From assembly GCA_018175075.1 (NCBI GenBank), contig GCA_018175075.1_4100.3: a stretch of DNA of 36,131 nt; one strand, given 5' to 3'. The first letter of the stretch is position 1. The number at the start of each line of letters is the position of its first letter. The stretch comes from a phage. A model generated the notes under the pieces. It did no database searches, was not told the origin of the DNA, and saw nothing but the letters and a program-made list of their open reading frames with translations. This document shows positions 1 to 9,607 of this stretch, piece after piece. Position numbers and translations under genes: made by a program.

Positions 1-51
1 AGGTAAGCTGTACTTTCATCAAATGACCCAACCACTGAGGTGTACTGATCG

Positions 52-303
52 ATGAATGCGATGAATATTGTGAATAACATCAGATTAGCAGAAAGATTTG
101 ATAGAATTGGGGAAGCACTGAGAAGATACGATAAAGAATATGGTCATTTGAGCTTTTCTATAGAAAAGAGATATGAACTTGAAGCAGAGTTTAAAATGCA
201 GAGTCTCTTAGGCACACAGTATCAAAACCAATATATTCAAACTTGGATTGATTGTTTAATCCAGACAATTTACGTAAGAAACATTAAATGCAAAATGAAA
301 TGA
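52..303 (+). CDS. hypothetical small protein, family A (LGTxxQ motif)
   Basis: Complete ORF; GAGGTG RBS-like sequence 8 nt upstream of ATG; motif SLLGTQYQNQYI. Confidence 0.6.
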   Translation: MNAMNIVNNIRLAERFDRIGEALRRYDKEYGHLSFSIEKRYELEAEFKMQSLLGTQYQNQYIQTWIDCLIQTIYVRNIKCKMK

Positions 304-548
304 TATACTTAACCTATAATGAATACGTCGAGAGATTAGTTCGTGCCAAGAGATATACCAATAAACGTCCAATTGACCTAAACCAAACCCCAGCAGAAAG
401 GAGTGCAGAAGTATTATTCCAATCACTACCATATCTTCTGGGAACTGATAGACAAGAGGAATATGTTGCACGTATGATTAGATATCTTAAAATCACTATT
501 AAGGAAAAAGTAAATGCAAATGCAAATGAAATACTTAACAGACGATGA
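288..548 (+). CDS. hypothetical small protein, family A
   Basis: Motif YLLGTDRQEEYV; also carries AEVLFQSL; alternative start ATG 300 overlaps upstream TGA (ATGA). Confidence 0.6.
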   Translation: MQNEMIYLTYNEYVERLVRAKRYTNKRPIDLNQTPAERSAEVLFQSLPYLLGTDRQEEYVARMIRYLKITIKEKVNANANEILNRR

Positions 549-771
549 GTTAAAAGAACGACTAATTAAATCCAGAAAACTTACAAATCAACTTCCAAAC
601 GACACAAACAAGTCACATGCCGAAAGGAGTGCAGAAGTTTTATACATTCAACTCATGTACTTTCTTGGTACTGACAGACAAGAGTATTACATTGAAAGTA
701 TGCTTCGATATCTTAAATTCTCTATAAAGGAAAAGATACATGCTCAAGAATTTAAAAATCCTAACAGTTAA
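514..771 (+). CDS. hypothetical small protein, family A
   Basis: Motif YFLGTDRQEYYI; close paralog of 288-548; start may be ATG 520 or 526. Confidence 0.6.
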   Translation: MQMQMKYLTDDELKERLIKSRKLTNQLPNDTNKSHAERSAEVLYIQLMYFLGTDRQEYYIESMLRYLKFSIKEKIHAQEFKNPNS

Positions 772-982
772 TGAATATCATAAGATTGTAATGAAAACTA
801 ATAGTGAAATTTCTAAAAAATCAAACCCAAAGTACATACTGGAACACACATTCGAAGAACGTCAATTAGCTCTAGTTGAAGCAAAACTTCTTGCACTCCT
901 AGGAACAAACTATCAAGAAGAATACATCAGAAAACTAATATACCTTTTAACTAAACATATAAGAAAAAGAAAAAATGCATGA
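740..982 (+). CDS. hypothetical small protein, family A
   Basis: Motif LLGTNYQEEYI; overlaps upstream gene end. Confidence 0.6.
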   Translation: MLKNLKILTVNEYHKIVMKTNSEISKKSNPKYILEHTFEERQLALVEAKLLALLGTNYQEEYIRKLIYLLTKHIRKRKNA

Positions 983-1209
983 AACACTTGACAGATGATG
1001 AACATGGGCTTATAGTAATGGATGTAATCAACATCGAATACAAAAAGTTGATACGCTACCGTTGTTATGAAGATAAGCAACTCGTTCTAGCAGAACAGAA
1101 GTTGTTTCGACTCTTAAACACAAACTTCCAAGCACAATACGAAGAATCGTATATGTACCTTTTGGCGAGGAAAGCAAAAAGAGATTATGAAAATTTTAAG
1201 CAAAGGTGA
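979..1209 (+). CDS. hypothetical small protein, family A (divergent)
   Basis: ATGA stop-start overlap; motif LLNTNFQAQYE. Confidence 0.55.
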   Translation: MKHLTDDEHGLIVMDVINIEYKKLIRYRCYEDKQLVLAEQKLFRLLNTNFQAQYEESYMYLLARKAKRDYENFKQR

Positions 1210-1402
1210 TTCAGTAATATTACTTATAGAGAGTTCAAGTAAATTCTTAAACATAACACTGTCTGATATAGATGAAGATGACAAAGAAGTACTGAGAGCA
1301 GATTTAAGAGTACTGTTACATATCGGAACAAACCTACAAGAAGAATATGTAGAGTGCTACATCAATGAACTTAAAGAATTAGTACTGAGAAAATGCAAAT
1401 GA
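1187..1402 (+). CDS. hypothetical small protein, family A
   Basis: Motif HIGTNLQEEYV. Confidence 0.6.
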   Translation: MKILSKGDSVILLIESSSKFLNITLSDIDEDDKEVLRADLRVLLHIGTNLQEEYVECYINELKELVLRKCK

Positions 1403-1587
1403 AAATCATTACCGATGCAGAATACCTAACAATCATAAATGGACTGTTTTTGAAGCTCTTCGTCATTAACACATCAGATATACCAGATATGGATAAAATT
1501 ATTAAGAGAAATGAAGTCTATGTTCTAGCTACCCTTGGAACGAACTATCAAGAACACGACATTAAATTAAACGAGCGATTGAACTAA
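1393..1587 (+). CDS. hypothetical small protein, family A
   Basis: Motif TLGTNYQEHDI. Confidence 0.55.
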   Translation: MQMKIITDAEYLTIINGLFLKLFVINTSDIPDMDKIIKRNEVYVLATLGTNYQEHDIKLNERLN

Positions 1588-1588
1588 A

Positions 1589-1804
1589 ATGCCAAAACCA
1601 CTAGGAACAGCAGAATACATTGAACTAATGGGATTACACTTCTCATCCTTTCAGAAACTTATGCGAGAATCAAAGAATGATTTAGAATATACCATCAGAG
1701 GTTCCGATTTAAGAATGCTTCTCACCCTAGACACAGATTCCCAAGAGCGATTTGTCAATGAGCATATTAGAGCACTTTTAATGGAAATTCAAAGTAAACT
1801 ATGA
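1589..1804 (+). CDS. hypothetical small protein, family A (divergent)
   Basis: Motif TLDTDSQERFV. Confidence 0.55.
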   Translation: MPKPLGTAEYIELMGLHFSSFQKLMRESKNDLEYTIRGSDLRMLLTLDTDSQERFVNEHIRALLMEIQSKL

Positions 1805-2016
1805 AGGTAATATCAAATCAAGAGTACTTGGCACTATTCAGGAAGAATAATCACAAATATATGGCACTTGATTCAAGAACTGATATAAGTGAACTTGAAA
1901 AAAATCTTTTGCGTTCAGATATGATAGTACTGACACTCTTAGGAACACAGCATCAAGAGAGAACTGTTAATTCACACATAGGGATTCTAATGCAGATAGT
2001 ACAGGAAAAGTTATGA
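1801..2016 (+). CDS. hypothetical small protein, family A
   Basis: ATGA overlap; motif LLGTQHQERTV. Confidence 0.6.
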   Translation: MKVISNQEYLALFRKNNHKYMALDSRTDISELEKNLLRSDMIVLTLLGTQHQERTVNSHIGILMQIVQEKL

Positions 2017-2234
2017 GAATCATAACACAACAAGATATTCTTAAGTTCACAAGGGTTCATGCATCTGAATTTGATGCTATATTATCAAAAAGTTACAACA
2101 ACCCTTATACAGAAGATGTACACTACAATGAATTATGGGTGTATATACTTTTAGGTACAGATCATCAAGAGCAAGCAGTACAGAAGTATTTGTTAGCTTT
2201 ACGTGATGCTACTGCTAATGGAGTACATGTTTAA
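2013..2234 (+). CDS. hypothetical small protein, family A
   Basis: ATGA overlap; motif LLGTDHQEQAV. Confidence 0.6.
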   Translation: MRIITQQDILKFTRVHASEFDAILSKSYNNPYTEDVHYNELWVYILLGTDHQEQAVQKYLLALRDATANGVHV

Positions 2235-2235
2235 T

Positions 2236-2478
2236 ATGAAAGTACTATCTGAATTAGAAATGTATCATAGATTTAATAAGTACTATCATTTACTTAAGCC
2301 TATACAGAGGATTAAATGTCCATTTGAAGAGAAACAGGTTTTAATCTATGAGCACAAGTTCTTTGTATCATTAGGTACAGATCAACAAGAGTACTATTTG
2401 ACGTTGTACTTGATTACATTAATAGATTTAATTTACTATAAAACCAAACAAGCTAATAAAGAGAAATATGAAAACTAA
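2236..2478 (+). CDS. hypothetical small protein, family A
   Basis: Motif SLGTDQQEYYL; start moved from track 2203 to first ATG after upstream TAA (2232-2234). Confidence 0.55.
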   Translation: MKVLSELEMYHRFNKYYHLLKPIQRIKCPFEEKQVLIYEHKFFVSLGTDQQEYYLTLYLITLIDLIYYKTKQANKEKYEN

Positions 2479-2812
2479 TATACAACTCAAGGTATATAAA
2501 TCATTTGAACATACATATATCAAAAGTAGTCTATGTAGAGATGTAATGGATTACAAGGGTAAGCCATTCACAATTACTTATGATTCTTATGTTGATGATT
2601 TATATATATCATTTGTTAATTACGAAAATAAAATATACAAGCACGTTGATATTAAAGATTTAAGTACTTTATCACCAGAGGAATACTTTCAGGAATCATT
2701 AGTATGGGATTTAGAGTTTCCTATGCCATTAGTACATAAGATGATAGTACTAATGAAAGAATCTAAACAGGAGCCTAATGGTGATTATGAAGAACACACA
2801 GTTGAGTATTAA
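2468..2812 (+). CDS. hypothetical protein, family B (FQxS motif)
   Basis: Motif EEYFQESLVWD; C-terminus ends VEY like gene 11848-12219. Confidence 0.65.
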   Translation: MKTNIQLKVYKSFEHTYIKSSLCRDVMDYKGKPFTITYDSYVDDLYISFVNYENKIYKHVDIKDLSTLSPEEYFQESLVWDLEFPMPLVHKMIVLMKESKQEPNGDYEEHTVEY

Positions 2813-3182
2813 AAGTACTGATAATATTAAGAGTTATACAAGCTCAAGTACTGTGACAATCGAAGTGAATTCTATTAATGCTGGTAATGCAGTAGATAAG
2901 TTCTTTATTGCTCAAGGGTACAGGAAAGATATTCATCAATATTGTTCAGTATATGGGGAGTACAATAGTACTGAAGATATAATTTATTGGTCAACACATC
3001 AAGATTATCTAACTAAAATTGGAGTCCCAGATGTTAGTACTTTATCTGAAGAAGAATACTTTCAGTACAGCTTAATATGTGATGTACCTATACCTTTAGG
3101 GTTAATCAAGGGTATACAGGAAGAGGTTCATAAGCTTAAATCCATGAGTAAAGGTACTTTCATTAGAACAGTGCAATACTAG
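2778..3182 (+). CDS. hypothetical protein, family B
   Basis: Motif EEEYFQYSLICD; alternative start ATG 2787. Confidence 0.65.
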   Translation: MVIMKNTQLSIKSTDNIKSYTSSSTVTIEVNSINAGNAVDKFFIAQGYRKDIHQYCSVYGEYNSTEDIIYWSTHQDYLTKIGVPDVSTLSEEEYFQYSLICDVPIPLGLIKGIQEEVHKLKSMSKGTFIRTVQY

Positions 3183-3241
3183 CTTGACAGTACTTTTCAT
3201 TACTGATATAGTACACTAACGTTAATCATAGGGTAAAAATT

Positions 3242-3487
3242 ATGTTAAATTTTTTAAATTTCCTTATCGTTTTGTGTATTGTTCTTGGGATTGCACCATT
3301 TGTATTGTATTTCATGGATTCAGATGAAATGCAGAAGATGAATTGTACAAGGACAGGACAGAGTAGAGAAGAGACGATTCTTATGCCTGTTACGGTTATT
3401 GTTAACAACATGCCCATTACAAACATGGTCCCTACCCTAACGACAACGTACCAGTACTCTTGTGCTGACGGAGAGAGGTGGAGATGA
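3242..3487 (+). CDS. small hydrophobic (putative membrane) protein
   Basis: Hydrophobic N-terminal stretch FLNFLIVLCIVLGIAPFVLYF; first ORF downstream of promoter at 3184. Confidence 0.5.
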   Translation: MLNFLNFLIVLCIVLGIAPFVLYFMDSDEMQKMNCTRTGQSREETILMPVTVIVNNMPITNMVPTLTTTYQYSCADGERWR

Positions 3488-3804
3488 AATTTAATATAGC
3501 AAAAACATCGAGTATATGTATTTTTGGTTATGCAGAAGAGTTAGGTGATATTGACATTCTTTTGTACAAAAAGGATGGTGTTATGCATTTCAAGTACCAG
3601 GATGAAGAGGCAGACAATTATCTTTTACCTAATTTAGTACAAATGCAGGAAGAGGAATTATTCCAGTACAGCTTAGTATACGACATTGATATTTGCACGA
3701 TGCCAGTACTAATTAGTATTCAAAAAGTGATGCTCGATATGTATGATAAGCTAATACAAGGTACATCAGGGAGAATCATTGAAATCGATATACAAGACAA
3801 TTAA
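3484..3804 (+). CDS. hypothetical protein, family B
   Basis: Motif EEELFQYSLVYD; GGAG RBS before ATG 3484 (track extends to GTG 3478). Confidence 0.65.
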   Translation: MKFNIAKTSSICIFGYAEELGDIDILLYKKDGVMHFKYQDEEADNYLLPNLVQMQEEELFQYSLVYDIDICTMPVLISIQKVMLDMYDKLIQGTSGRIIEIDIQDN

Positions 3805-3997
3805 TCAAGAATGGAAGACCCAAAAGTACAGGGAATTCAACAGGAATTTTACAAAAGATGCATTGAATTTAAAAACAACAGAGTTTGATATGTTTATTTT
3901 TCTTGGAACACGTTCACAAGAACAATTTGTTCATTATTATATAAATTCGTTGCGAACGGAGATAGTATGCAAAACACAGGGTATTATAAAAAGGTAA
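3779..3997 (+). CDS. hypothetical small protein, family A
   Basis: Motif FLGTRSQEQFV; apparent TTG start with GGGAGAA RBS, no in-frame ATG until codon 38. Confidence 0.5.
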   Translation: MKSIYKTINQEWKTQKYREFNRNFTKDALNLKTTEFDMFIFLGTRSQEQFVHYYINSLRTEIVCKTQGIIKR

Positions 3998-4233
3998 ACC
4001 AATATTTGTACGCTACAAAGTACAGGGATTTTTGTTTAAAGGGTGGTGATGAAGATTTTTCTTTGCGATTATCAGAATTTAATCTGTTATTTTATCTTGG
4101 TACAAAAGAACAAGAAGAAATGGCACAGAAATTTATCAAGCACCTTTTACAAAAAATTAATATGCAAATTTTGATGCTTAAGTTACAGAATGAGATAAAT
4201 GAATATGAATCCAGAAATAGTTCAGGATCTTAA
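3967..4233 (+). CDS. hypothetical small protein, family A
   Basis: Motif YLGTKEQEEMA. Confidence 0.6.
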   Translation: MQNTGYYKKVNQYLYATKYRDFCLKGGDEDFSLRLSEFNLLFYLGTKEQEEMAQKFIKHLLQKINMQILMLKLQNEINEYESRNSSGS

Positions 4234-4591
4234 AAAAGTAATATTTCTTTTGAATACCAGAAGTGAATTGTATACAGAGTTAAAAGAGATTAATGCATTT
4301 TATCAGAATTTTGTAATCCAAGAGTTCAGTGATTTAATTACAGATGCATTATTTGAATTCTCGGAGAAATACAAAGGAACAGAGTTCAGTGTTAAGAATG
4401 TTATTCGTCCAAGTACAAGGAAAATTATATTATCACATTTTACATTTGACAATAAAGATTTATTCAGTCATAATCCAAGTACAGCTTTATATTTTATTCC
4501 TGATTCAGACAAAAATCATCCTATTCATTACGGATGGATTTTGTCATATATAGTACAAGGAAAGGAGTATCCTATTAAATGGAAAGATTAG
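4199..4591 (+). CDS. hypothetical protein
   Basis: 130-aa ORF, neither family motif; ATG 4199. Confidence 0.5.
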   Translation: MNMNPEIVQDLKKVIFLLNTRSELYTELKEINAFYQNFVIQEFSDLITDALFEFSEKYKGTEFSVKNVIRPSTRKIILSHFTFDNKDLFSHNPSTALYFIPDSDKNHPIHYGWILSYIVQGKEYPIKWKD

Positions 4592-4739
4592 GGCGATTAG
4601 ATTATTACACAATTAATACAAATTATTTGTTGCGTAATATAAAATCCGATTACAAAATATGGATAAAGAACAGAGATAGCATGTGTTATGAATTTTATTT
4701 AGATTATGCTATCAAACGATTTTTAAGAGAAGAACATTA

Positions 4740-4943
4740 ATGCAAAAGATTAATACGATAACATTAAATGCATTACAGGATTCATTATTAGATAGTATTA
4801 AGATGTATTACAATATACATTTGAAGGGTGGTATTGATAATTACGATTATTATTTGAGTTTAATTACATTTGAGCACCTTTCAGTACAGGACAGGATTTT
4901 ACATCCTACAAATCCTAGGTATCCATCGATAGGTAAATTATGA
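4740..4943 (+). CDS. hypothetical protein
   Basis: 67-aa ORF after 148-bp gap; coupled (ATGA) to downstream gene. Confidence 0.45.
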   Translation: MQKINTITLNALQDSLLDSIKMYYNIHLKGGIDNYDYYLSLITFEHLSVQDRILHPTNPRYPSIGKL

Positions 4944-5488
4944 ATGAGATAGAGTTATTAGCACACAAGATAAGTACAATAATGCTTATCCTCAATAACA
5001 ACCATCCTATATCGCATATAGATGGAATCCTGAGTCAGAGGACAGGTGGTAGTTTATATTTGTCCATAAACGCAGATATCGCAAGGAAATACATTGATAT
5101 TGATGTTGAAATCGAATATGATACAACGGGGATTGTTGATGTAGGTGCATTAATCAGTTCAAATCCAGTATCAGCATCCCCATTGACCAAAGATGTTAGT
5201 ACAGGATTCGAAGGATATTTGTGGTACAATACCAATGATGATTATTTTATATATCAGCATTCCAATACAAATTATGATGAAGACAAATTTCAGTTCATAG
5301 ACCCTTATGATGAAGCTGAAGTATTTCAAAAATCATTAATCACAAAACCGCATGAGATGATGTATCTAATGTTATTCAGTACAATGCATTTGAATCCATT
5401 AATTAAAGGTTTAAAATTTTATATTCAATTAAATTTAGTCCATGTAGTTTATGATTTATTAATGCAAGGATATAGTTATGAAGTATAA
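4940..5488 (+). CDS. hypothetical protein, family B (divergent)
   Basis: Motif EAEVFQKSLITK. Confidence 0.6.
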   Translation: MNEIELLAHKISTIMLILNNNHPISHIDGILSQRTGGSLYLSINADIARKYIDIDVEIEYDTTGIVDVGALISSNPVSASPLTKDVSTGFEGYLWYNTNDDYFIYQHSNTNYDEDKFQFIDPYDEAEVFQKSLITKPHEMMYLMLFSTMHLNPLIKGLKFYIQLNLVHVVYDLLMQGYSYEV

Positions 5489-5789
5489 AATGATGTATAC
5501 CCCAGATATGATTTATGTTGAATTAGAAGATGATGACGATGGGTGGAATTTGATTTATTCAAGAAGTTCAGGTTGGTACATGGCACATTTAAATGATTCG
5601 ATAGTTACAGATTATTTTGTAGATTTCAATACATTATCCGATGAAGAATTGTTCCAACAGCAATTAGTGATTGACACGGGTGGTTATGATGTCTTATTAT
5701 TAAAAAAGATACAGAAAGCTGTTATTGATTTTAAGCCCATGATATGGCAAAGGAAATATTATGACCTCGAAGTACCGTACCAGCAATGA
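5478..5789 (+). CDS. hypothetical protein, family B
   Basis: Motif DEELFQQQLVID; AAGGA RBS. Confidence 0.65.
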   Translation: MKYKMMYTPDMIYVELEDDDDGWNLIYSRSSGWYMAHLNDSIVTDYFVDFNTLSDEELFQQQLVIDTGGYDVLLLKKIQKAVIDFKPMIWQRKYYDLEVPYQQ

Positions 5790-6327
5790 AATTCAGTACA
5801 CCTACGCTAATGCAATCCTTATGGGACAAAAGTTAGCTTGTATTGTTGCATCCTTATATAATGCCCAGAAATATCACAAGCGTCATTTCCACAAATGTAT
5901 TGGTATTATTCCATCGAAGTACAATACATATATTGCGTGCACGAGTCATTTTGATAAACGATTCAATACACCAGATATACCAAATGCCCGTAGTGTTATT
6001 GGTCTTTTGGATTTCGCACCTGGTGCTGTTATTGGAAAGAATGATTTAGAGTACGCATGGTATAATAAAAATTCCCCATTAGTAATGGTAACATATGATA
6101 AAGAAACGAACAAAACAATAGAGTACAATACATATAAATCAGAGGAAGAATTTTTCCAAGGTTCAATGCTTGTACCAGTGCGTTTGTTATTTTATAATGT
6201 CATAATGAGTACAGTACACAATAGTCCATTACACAAGAATCACAAAATTAATTTCAATTTTTGTGCTTATGCGATTGATGGTGTGTATGAGTGTTTAATG
6301 GAGGTATTGAGTTATGAAGCTGAATAA
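5761..6327 (+). CDS. hypothetical protein, family B
   Basis: Motif EEEFFQGSMLVP. Confidence 0.65.
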   Translation: MTSKYRTSNEIQYTYANAILMGQKLACIVASLYNAQKYHKRHFHKCIGIIPSKYNTYIACTSHFDKRFNTPDIPNARSVIGLLDFAPGAVIGKNDLEYAWYNKNSPLVMVTYDKETNKTIEYNTYKSEEEFFQGSMLVPVRLLFYNVIMSTVHNSPLHKNHKINFNFCAYAIDGVYECLMEVLSYEAE

Positions 6328-6655
6328 TACATTTGATATTAATAAGTTAAGAGAATGGTTTTATAGTATTGAAATTGAAGCCATCCCGTATCATAGATAT
6401 GAACAATATAATTTAACCAGTATTGATATCCGTGAGTTGTACGCGTATTATCAAAGTGCATTAGAGATGCATAAGATATTTTTGAGTACAGATTTTGTTC
6501 TAAATTACAATTTTGAGGAATTTAATAATTATAATTTAGTACAGAAATATGTAGTAGCAAAGTACATGTACCTTCAAGGAATTACAAGTATAGTTGAATT
6601 TAATACAGTTCTTGCTTTAGTTGAGGTAATTTTATGCAGTACATGTATGATTTAG
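6314..6655 (+). CDS. hypothetical protein
   Basis: 113-aa ORF; GGAGGT RBS; no clear family motif. Confidence 0.55.
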   Translation: MKLNNTFDINKLREWFYSIEIEAIPYHRYEQYNLTSIDIRELYAYYQSALEMHKIFLSTDFVLNYNFEEFNNYNLVQKYVVAKYMYLQGITSIVEFNTVLALVEVILCSTCMI

Positions 6656-7140
6656 AGTTCAGCTTAGATGCTGCATTTAAATATGTTCACAAGATAGAAA
6701 CAATATACAGTACATTATGTGCAATAAAATCAGTAACAGAAGAGCTTGATGTTGGTGAAAAATATCAGGTATGGAATAATACATTTTTAAATAAAGAACG
6801 TTGCTCTACGGGGTTTAATATTTTAACATTTAATCCCAGCAATTGTTACCCAGAGAAGCATGAACGTTATCCGAATGACGACATGTGGTTTGAGTACAAA
6901 GAAGATTGTGATATGTCGTTCATTGAAGTTCCTGATGATTTTAATGCACAAGATTTAACAGACGAGTGGTGGTTCCAGCAGAATTTAGTCCACGATGATA
7001 TTGATTTATTTTTTTATGTAGTATTTAAAATGCTTTATCACAACAATATAGTACAAGATAGTGTATTTTTTTCATGTCTATATATTGATGATTTGTACAA
7101 TGAAATTCAAATCAACATGCCCATAACGCCTGTATCGTAA
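6634..7140 (+). CDS. hypothetical protein, family B
   Basis: Motif DEWWFQQNLVHD; GAGGT RBS. Confidence 0.65.
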   Translation: MQYMYDLEFSLDAAFKYVHKIETIYSTLCAIKSVTEELDVGEKYQVWNNTFLNKERCSTGFNILTFNPSNCYPEKHERYPNDDMWFEYKEDCDMSFIEVPDDFNAQDLTDEWWFQQNLVHDDIDLFFYVVFKMLYHNNIVQDSVFFSCLYIDDLYNEIQINMPITPVS

Positions 7141-7155
7141 GATATGGGCTTTTTT
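7119..7155 (+). terminator. possible rho-independent terminator
   Basis: GCCCATA / TATGGGC 7-bp stem, 17-nt loop, then TTTTTT; overlaps stop codon of 6634-7140. Confidence 0.4.
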
Positions 7156-7165
7156 CGTTTTGGTA

Positions 7166-7194
7166 TTGACATAGAAGACCAAAGCTGTTATCAT
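7166..7194 (+). promoter_or_regulatory. sigma70-like promoter
   Basis: TTGACA (7166-7171), 17-bp spacer, TATCAT (7189-7194). Confidence 0.6.
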
Positions 7195-7222
7195 GTGTAT
7201 TCATTTTAAAGGAGAACATATA

Positions 7223-7735
7223 GTGAGTTTCATAATCCCAAGTACATACGAAGATGCATCAAGTGCAGTTCATAAGATTCATTATATTTTTAATTTAATT
7301 ATTAAATCTGCAAAAATTAAAATGTATGCACCTCTTGTGACAAATAATCGAAATGAAGAAATTTTTATTAGCACAGACAAAATTATTTTTCCATATTTCA
7401 ATGAAGATAGATTGTGGTTCATACATTTAGCTGCATTACAAAAATATAAGATGTCAATTCGTAATAATTTGGTTATACCGTTATATCATCCCGATATTGG
7501 AGAGGATGAGTATTTTCAGTACAGCACAGTACACCGCCATGAAGATATCTTTGCTGCTATGCTTATTGCTAAATTGAACACCGTTGATTTGGAGCAGTAC
7601 AAATACAATAATAAATCATGTAAGATCATAATCCCTGCATTCATAGCTCTTTATGATTATGTGGTGCATAACATAAAAGATGATACATATGCTTTCAATG
7701 AAGAGTATTTGGATTTTTTTAAGGAGAACATATGA
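7223..7735 (+). CDS. hypothetical protein, family B
   Basis: GTG start 8 nt after AAAGGAGAA RBS (track extends to ATG 7193 inside promoter); motif EDEYFQYSTVHR. Confidence 0.6.
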   Translation: MSFIIPSTYEDASSAVHKIHYIFNLIIKSAKIKMYAPLVTNNRNEEIFISTDKIIFPYFNEDRLWFIHLAALQKYKMSIRNNLVIPLYHPDIGEDEYFQYSTVHRHEDIFAAMLIAKLNTVDLEQYKYNNKSCKIIIPAFIALYDYVVHNIKDDTYAFNEEYLDFFKENI

Positions 7736-8271
7736 GCAGTACAACAGTATCAAAAGTACAGAAAGCAATGTCATTCAATGAAATTGGTACATTTAAAGAT
7801 AAGATCATTGATTGCCTTGAATACATGATTTGTAGTAATATCGAAAGTATCGAGATATTTAACAAGACAAATCGCTCTTACCATATGATGTACATTGCAA
7901 ACAATAATGGTATCATTCCATTTATTTCGGATAGTACAATATGGTACGCATGTGATACGAAAAAAACCACAATAGGTTTACATTTATTTGAGACACATTA
8001 TGATCTAATTATTCCTGAACATTGTATGCAAGAAGAAGAATATTTTCAAATGCAATGTATACATTCACCATTAGTGTTGTTTAGTTTATATATTATACCT
8101 TATATCACCAAATGTGTTCATGAGAATAAAGCTCCGTGGAATCATGAATTTGTATCGTTGAAGTTATTGTATAATGTATTAGTAGAATATTATGATTACA
8201 GGCACAATGGTACAATCAGTGATGTATGGGATTTTGAATCGCTAAGGGTGAAAACATACACAGGTGAATGA
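7732..8271 (+). CDS. hypothetical protein, family B
   Basis: AAGGAGAA RBS; ATGA overlap; motif EEEYFQMQCIHS. Confidence 0.7.
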   Translation: MSSTTVSKVQKAMSFNEIGTFKDKIIDCLEYMICSNIESIEIFNKTNRSYHMMYIANNNGIIPFISDSTIWYACDTKKTTIGLHLFETHYDLIIPEHCMQEEEYFQMQCIHSPLVLFSLYIIPYITKCVHENKAPWNHEFVSLKLLYNVLVEYYDYRHNGTISDVWDFESLRVKTYTGE

Positions 8272-8887
8272 TATGACCAGAATTAAAATGTATGATTTGA
8301 TGCAGTACAGTAAAATTGCCATTCCAGTGCTTAATAAAGTGCTGGATGCATTCATTGCCAAATACCCTGAGAATTCAGTGTTATGTATTCCATTTAGTGT
8401 TCCAGATAAAGATGATATATTCCAAGTGAATGTCAGTACACGTGGTATTACATTGCAGCAGAAATATATGGATACGGAATATTATGGAATAAAGTTGGAT
8501 TCAGTACAGGGTTCTAAATCAGCCTATGATTTTTTTGTTCCTAATAACATCGAGTCATGGGAAACAAACATTTCAAAGAAAGATGAAAATGATGTTCCTA
8601 TTAGTGGTGTGTTCAACAATAAAGTTTTTTATTATTACGAAACCGACAAATTCCCTGAAGAGTTATATTACAATTCAGAAATGAATGAAGATGTAGATGC
8701 ATTCATGTTTCAATTATCTTTAGTACATGATATCATTGATGTTCAAGAGTTAAGAGCAGAAATCAATTTAGCTAAAGAGTTATCGGACATGCTGCCACCG
8801 TTTAGTATGCTTTTTTGTGAAGGTGGTTATTTTTCAAAAGAAGTGTTTGAACATTTCGTAGATGTTGTAAAAGGGTTGGATATATAG
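8264..8887 (+). CDS. hypothetical protein, family B
   Basis: Motif DAFMFQLSLVHD; alternative start ATG 8273. Confidence 0.65.
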   Translation: MNDMTRIKMYDLMQYSKIAIPVLNKVLDAFIAKYPENSVLCIPFSVPDKDDIFQVNVSTRGITLQQKYMDTEYYGIKLDSVQGSKSAYDFFVPNNIESWETNISKKDENDVPISGVFNNKVFYYYETDKFPEELYYNSEMNEDVDAFMFQLSLVHDIIDVQELRAEINLAKELSDMLPPFSMLFCEGGYFSKEVFEHFVDVVKGLDI

Positions 8888-8888
8888 T

Positions 8889-9083
8889 ATGCTTACAGTT
8901 GATGTTAAACAAAAATACCGTAAGTTTGATTGGTTCACCGACAGCTTCCAGCTTGAATTATTACATTTGAATATCTGTGAAACATTATGTGCAGAAACAC
9001 AAGATGAATTTGATGATAGAGTGATGAACATAGTAATGCTTTCTTGCTTTAAACATTTTGGTTATTTTTTCGGACAGAATTGA
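8889..9083 (+). CDS. hypothetical protein
   Basis: 64-aa ORF filling gap between family B genes. Confidence 0.45.
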   Translation: MLTVDVKQKYRKFDWFTDSFQLELLHLNICETLCAETQDEFDDRVMNIVMLSCFKHFGYFFGQN

Positions 9084-9091
9084 GGTAAAAA

Positions 9092-9607
9092 ATGCATCAA
9101 CACAAGCATCATTCATATGATTTTGCAATTAACATTATGAAGTTCATTCGAGCGTTGGAGGATGGGAAGCTTAGTCATAAGTACACCAAAGTAGGTGACA
9201 ATTGGTTCAGAAATGATGATGAGTTCAGAAGTCATAAGATTGTTTACAGCAATAATTACAGTGCCAATTACCTACAAGATGTAGTGATGTGTTTTGAATA
9301 CGTGTTGCAGTTCAGGGGTTCAATCCAGGATGAGTTGATGGAGCACATGTACATCCGATACCTTCCAATGCTCAAAGATGAAAATGTATTATTAAATTCA
9401 ATATACCAACGAGTTCGTGAAATTGAGTGCAGGGATATATTAGATACAGAAGAATCGTATTTCCAGCAATCCCTGATTTATGCACCTGATTTATTACAGG
9501 TACATAATTTGTTTAATACATTACGTCAAAACATCAGTACAGACATATTTTTGTCATTATCGAATTATGATACATTTGTCAAAGATTTAGAGGAAATAGG
9601 TTTATGA
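9092..9607 (+). CDS. hypothetical protein, family B
   Basis: Motif EESYFQQSLIYA; GAGGT RBS. Confidence 0.65.
   Translation: MHQHKHHSYDFAINIMKFIRALEDGKLSHKYTKVGDNWFRNDDEFRSHKIVYSNNYSANYLQDVVMCFEYVLQFRGSIQDELMEHMYIRYLPMLKDENVLLNSIYQRVREIECRDILDTEESYFQQSLIYAPDLLQVHNLFNTLRQNISTDIFLSLSNYDTFVKDLEEIGL

Noticed and set aside
4592-4739. Promoter in the 148-bp gap before gene 4740
   Set aside because: Only weak hexamer matches (TTGCGT ... CAAAAT) at acceptable spacing; not convincing enough to annotate.
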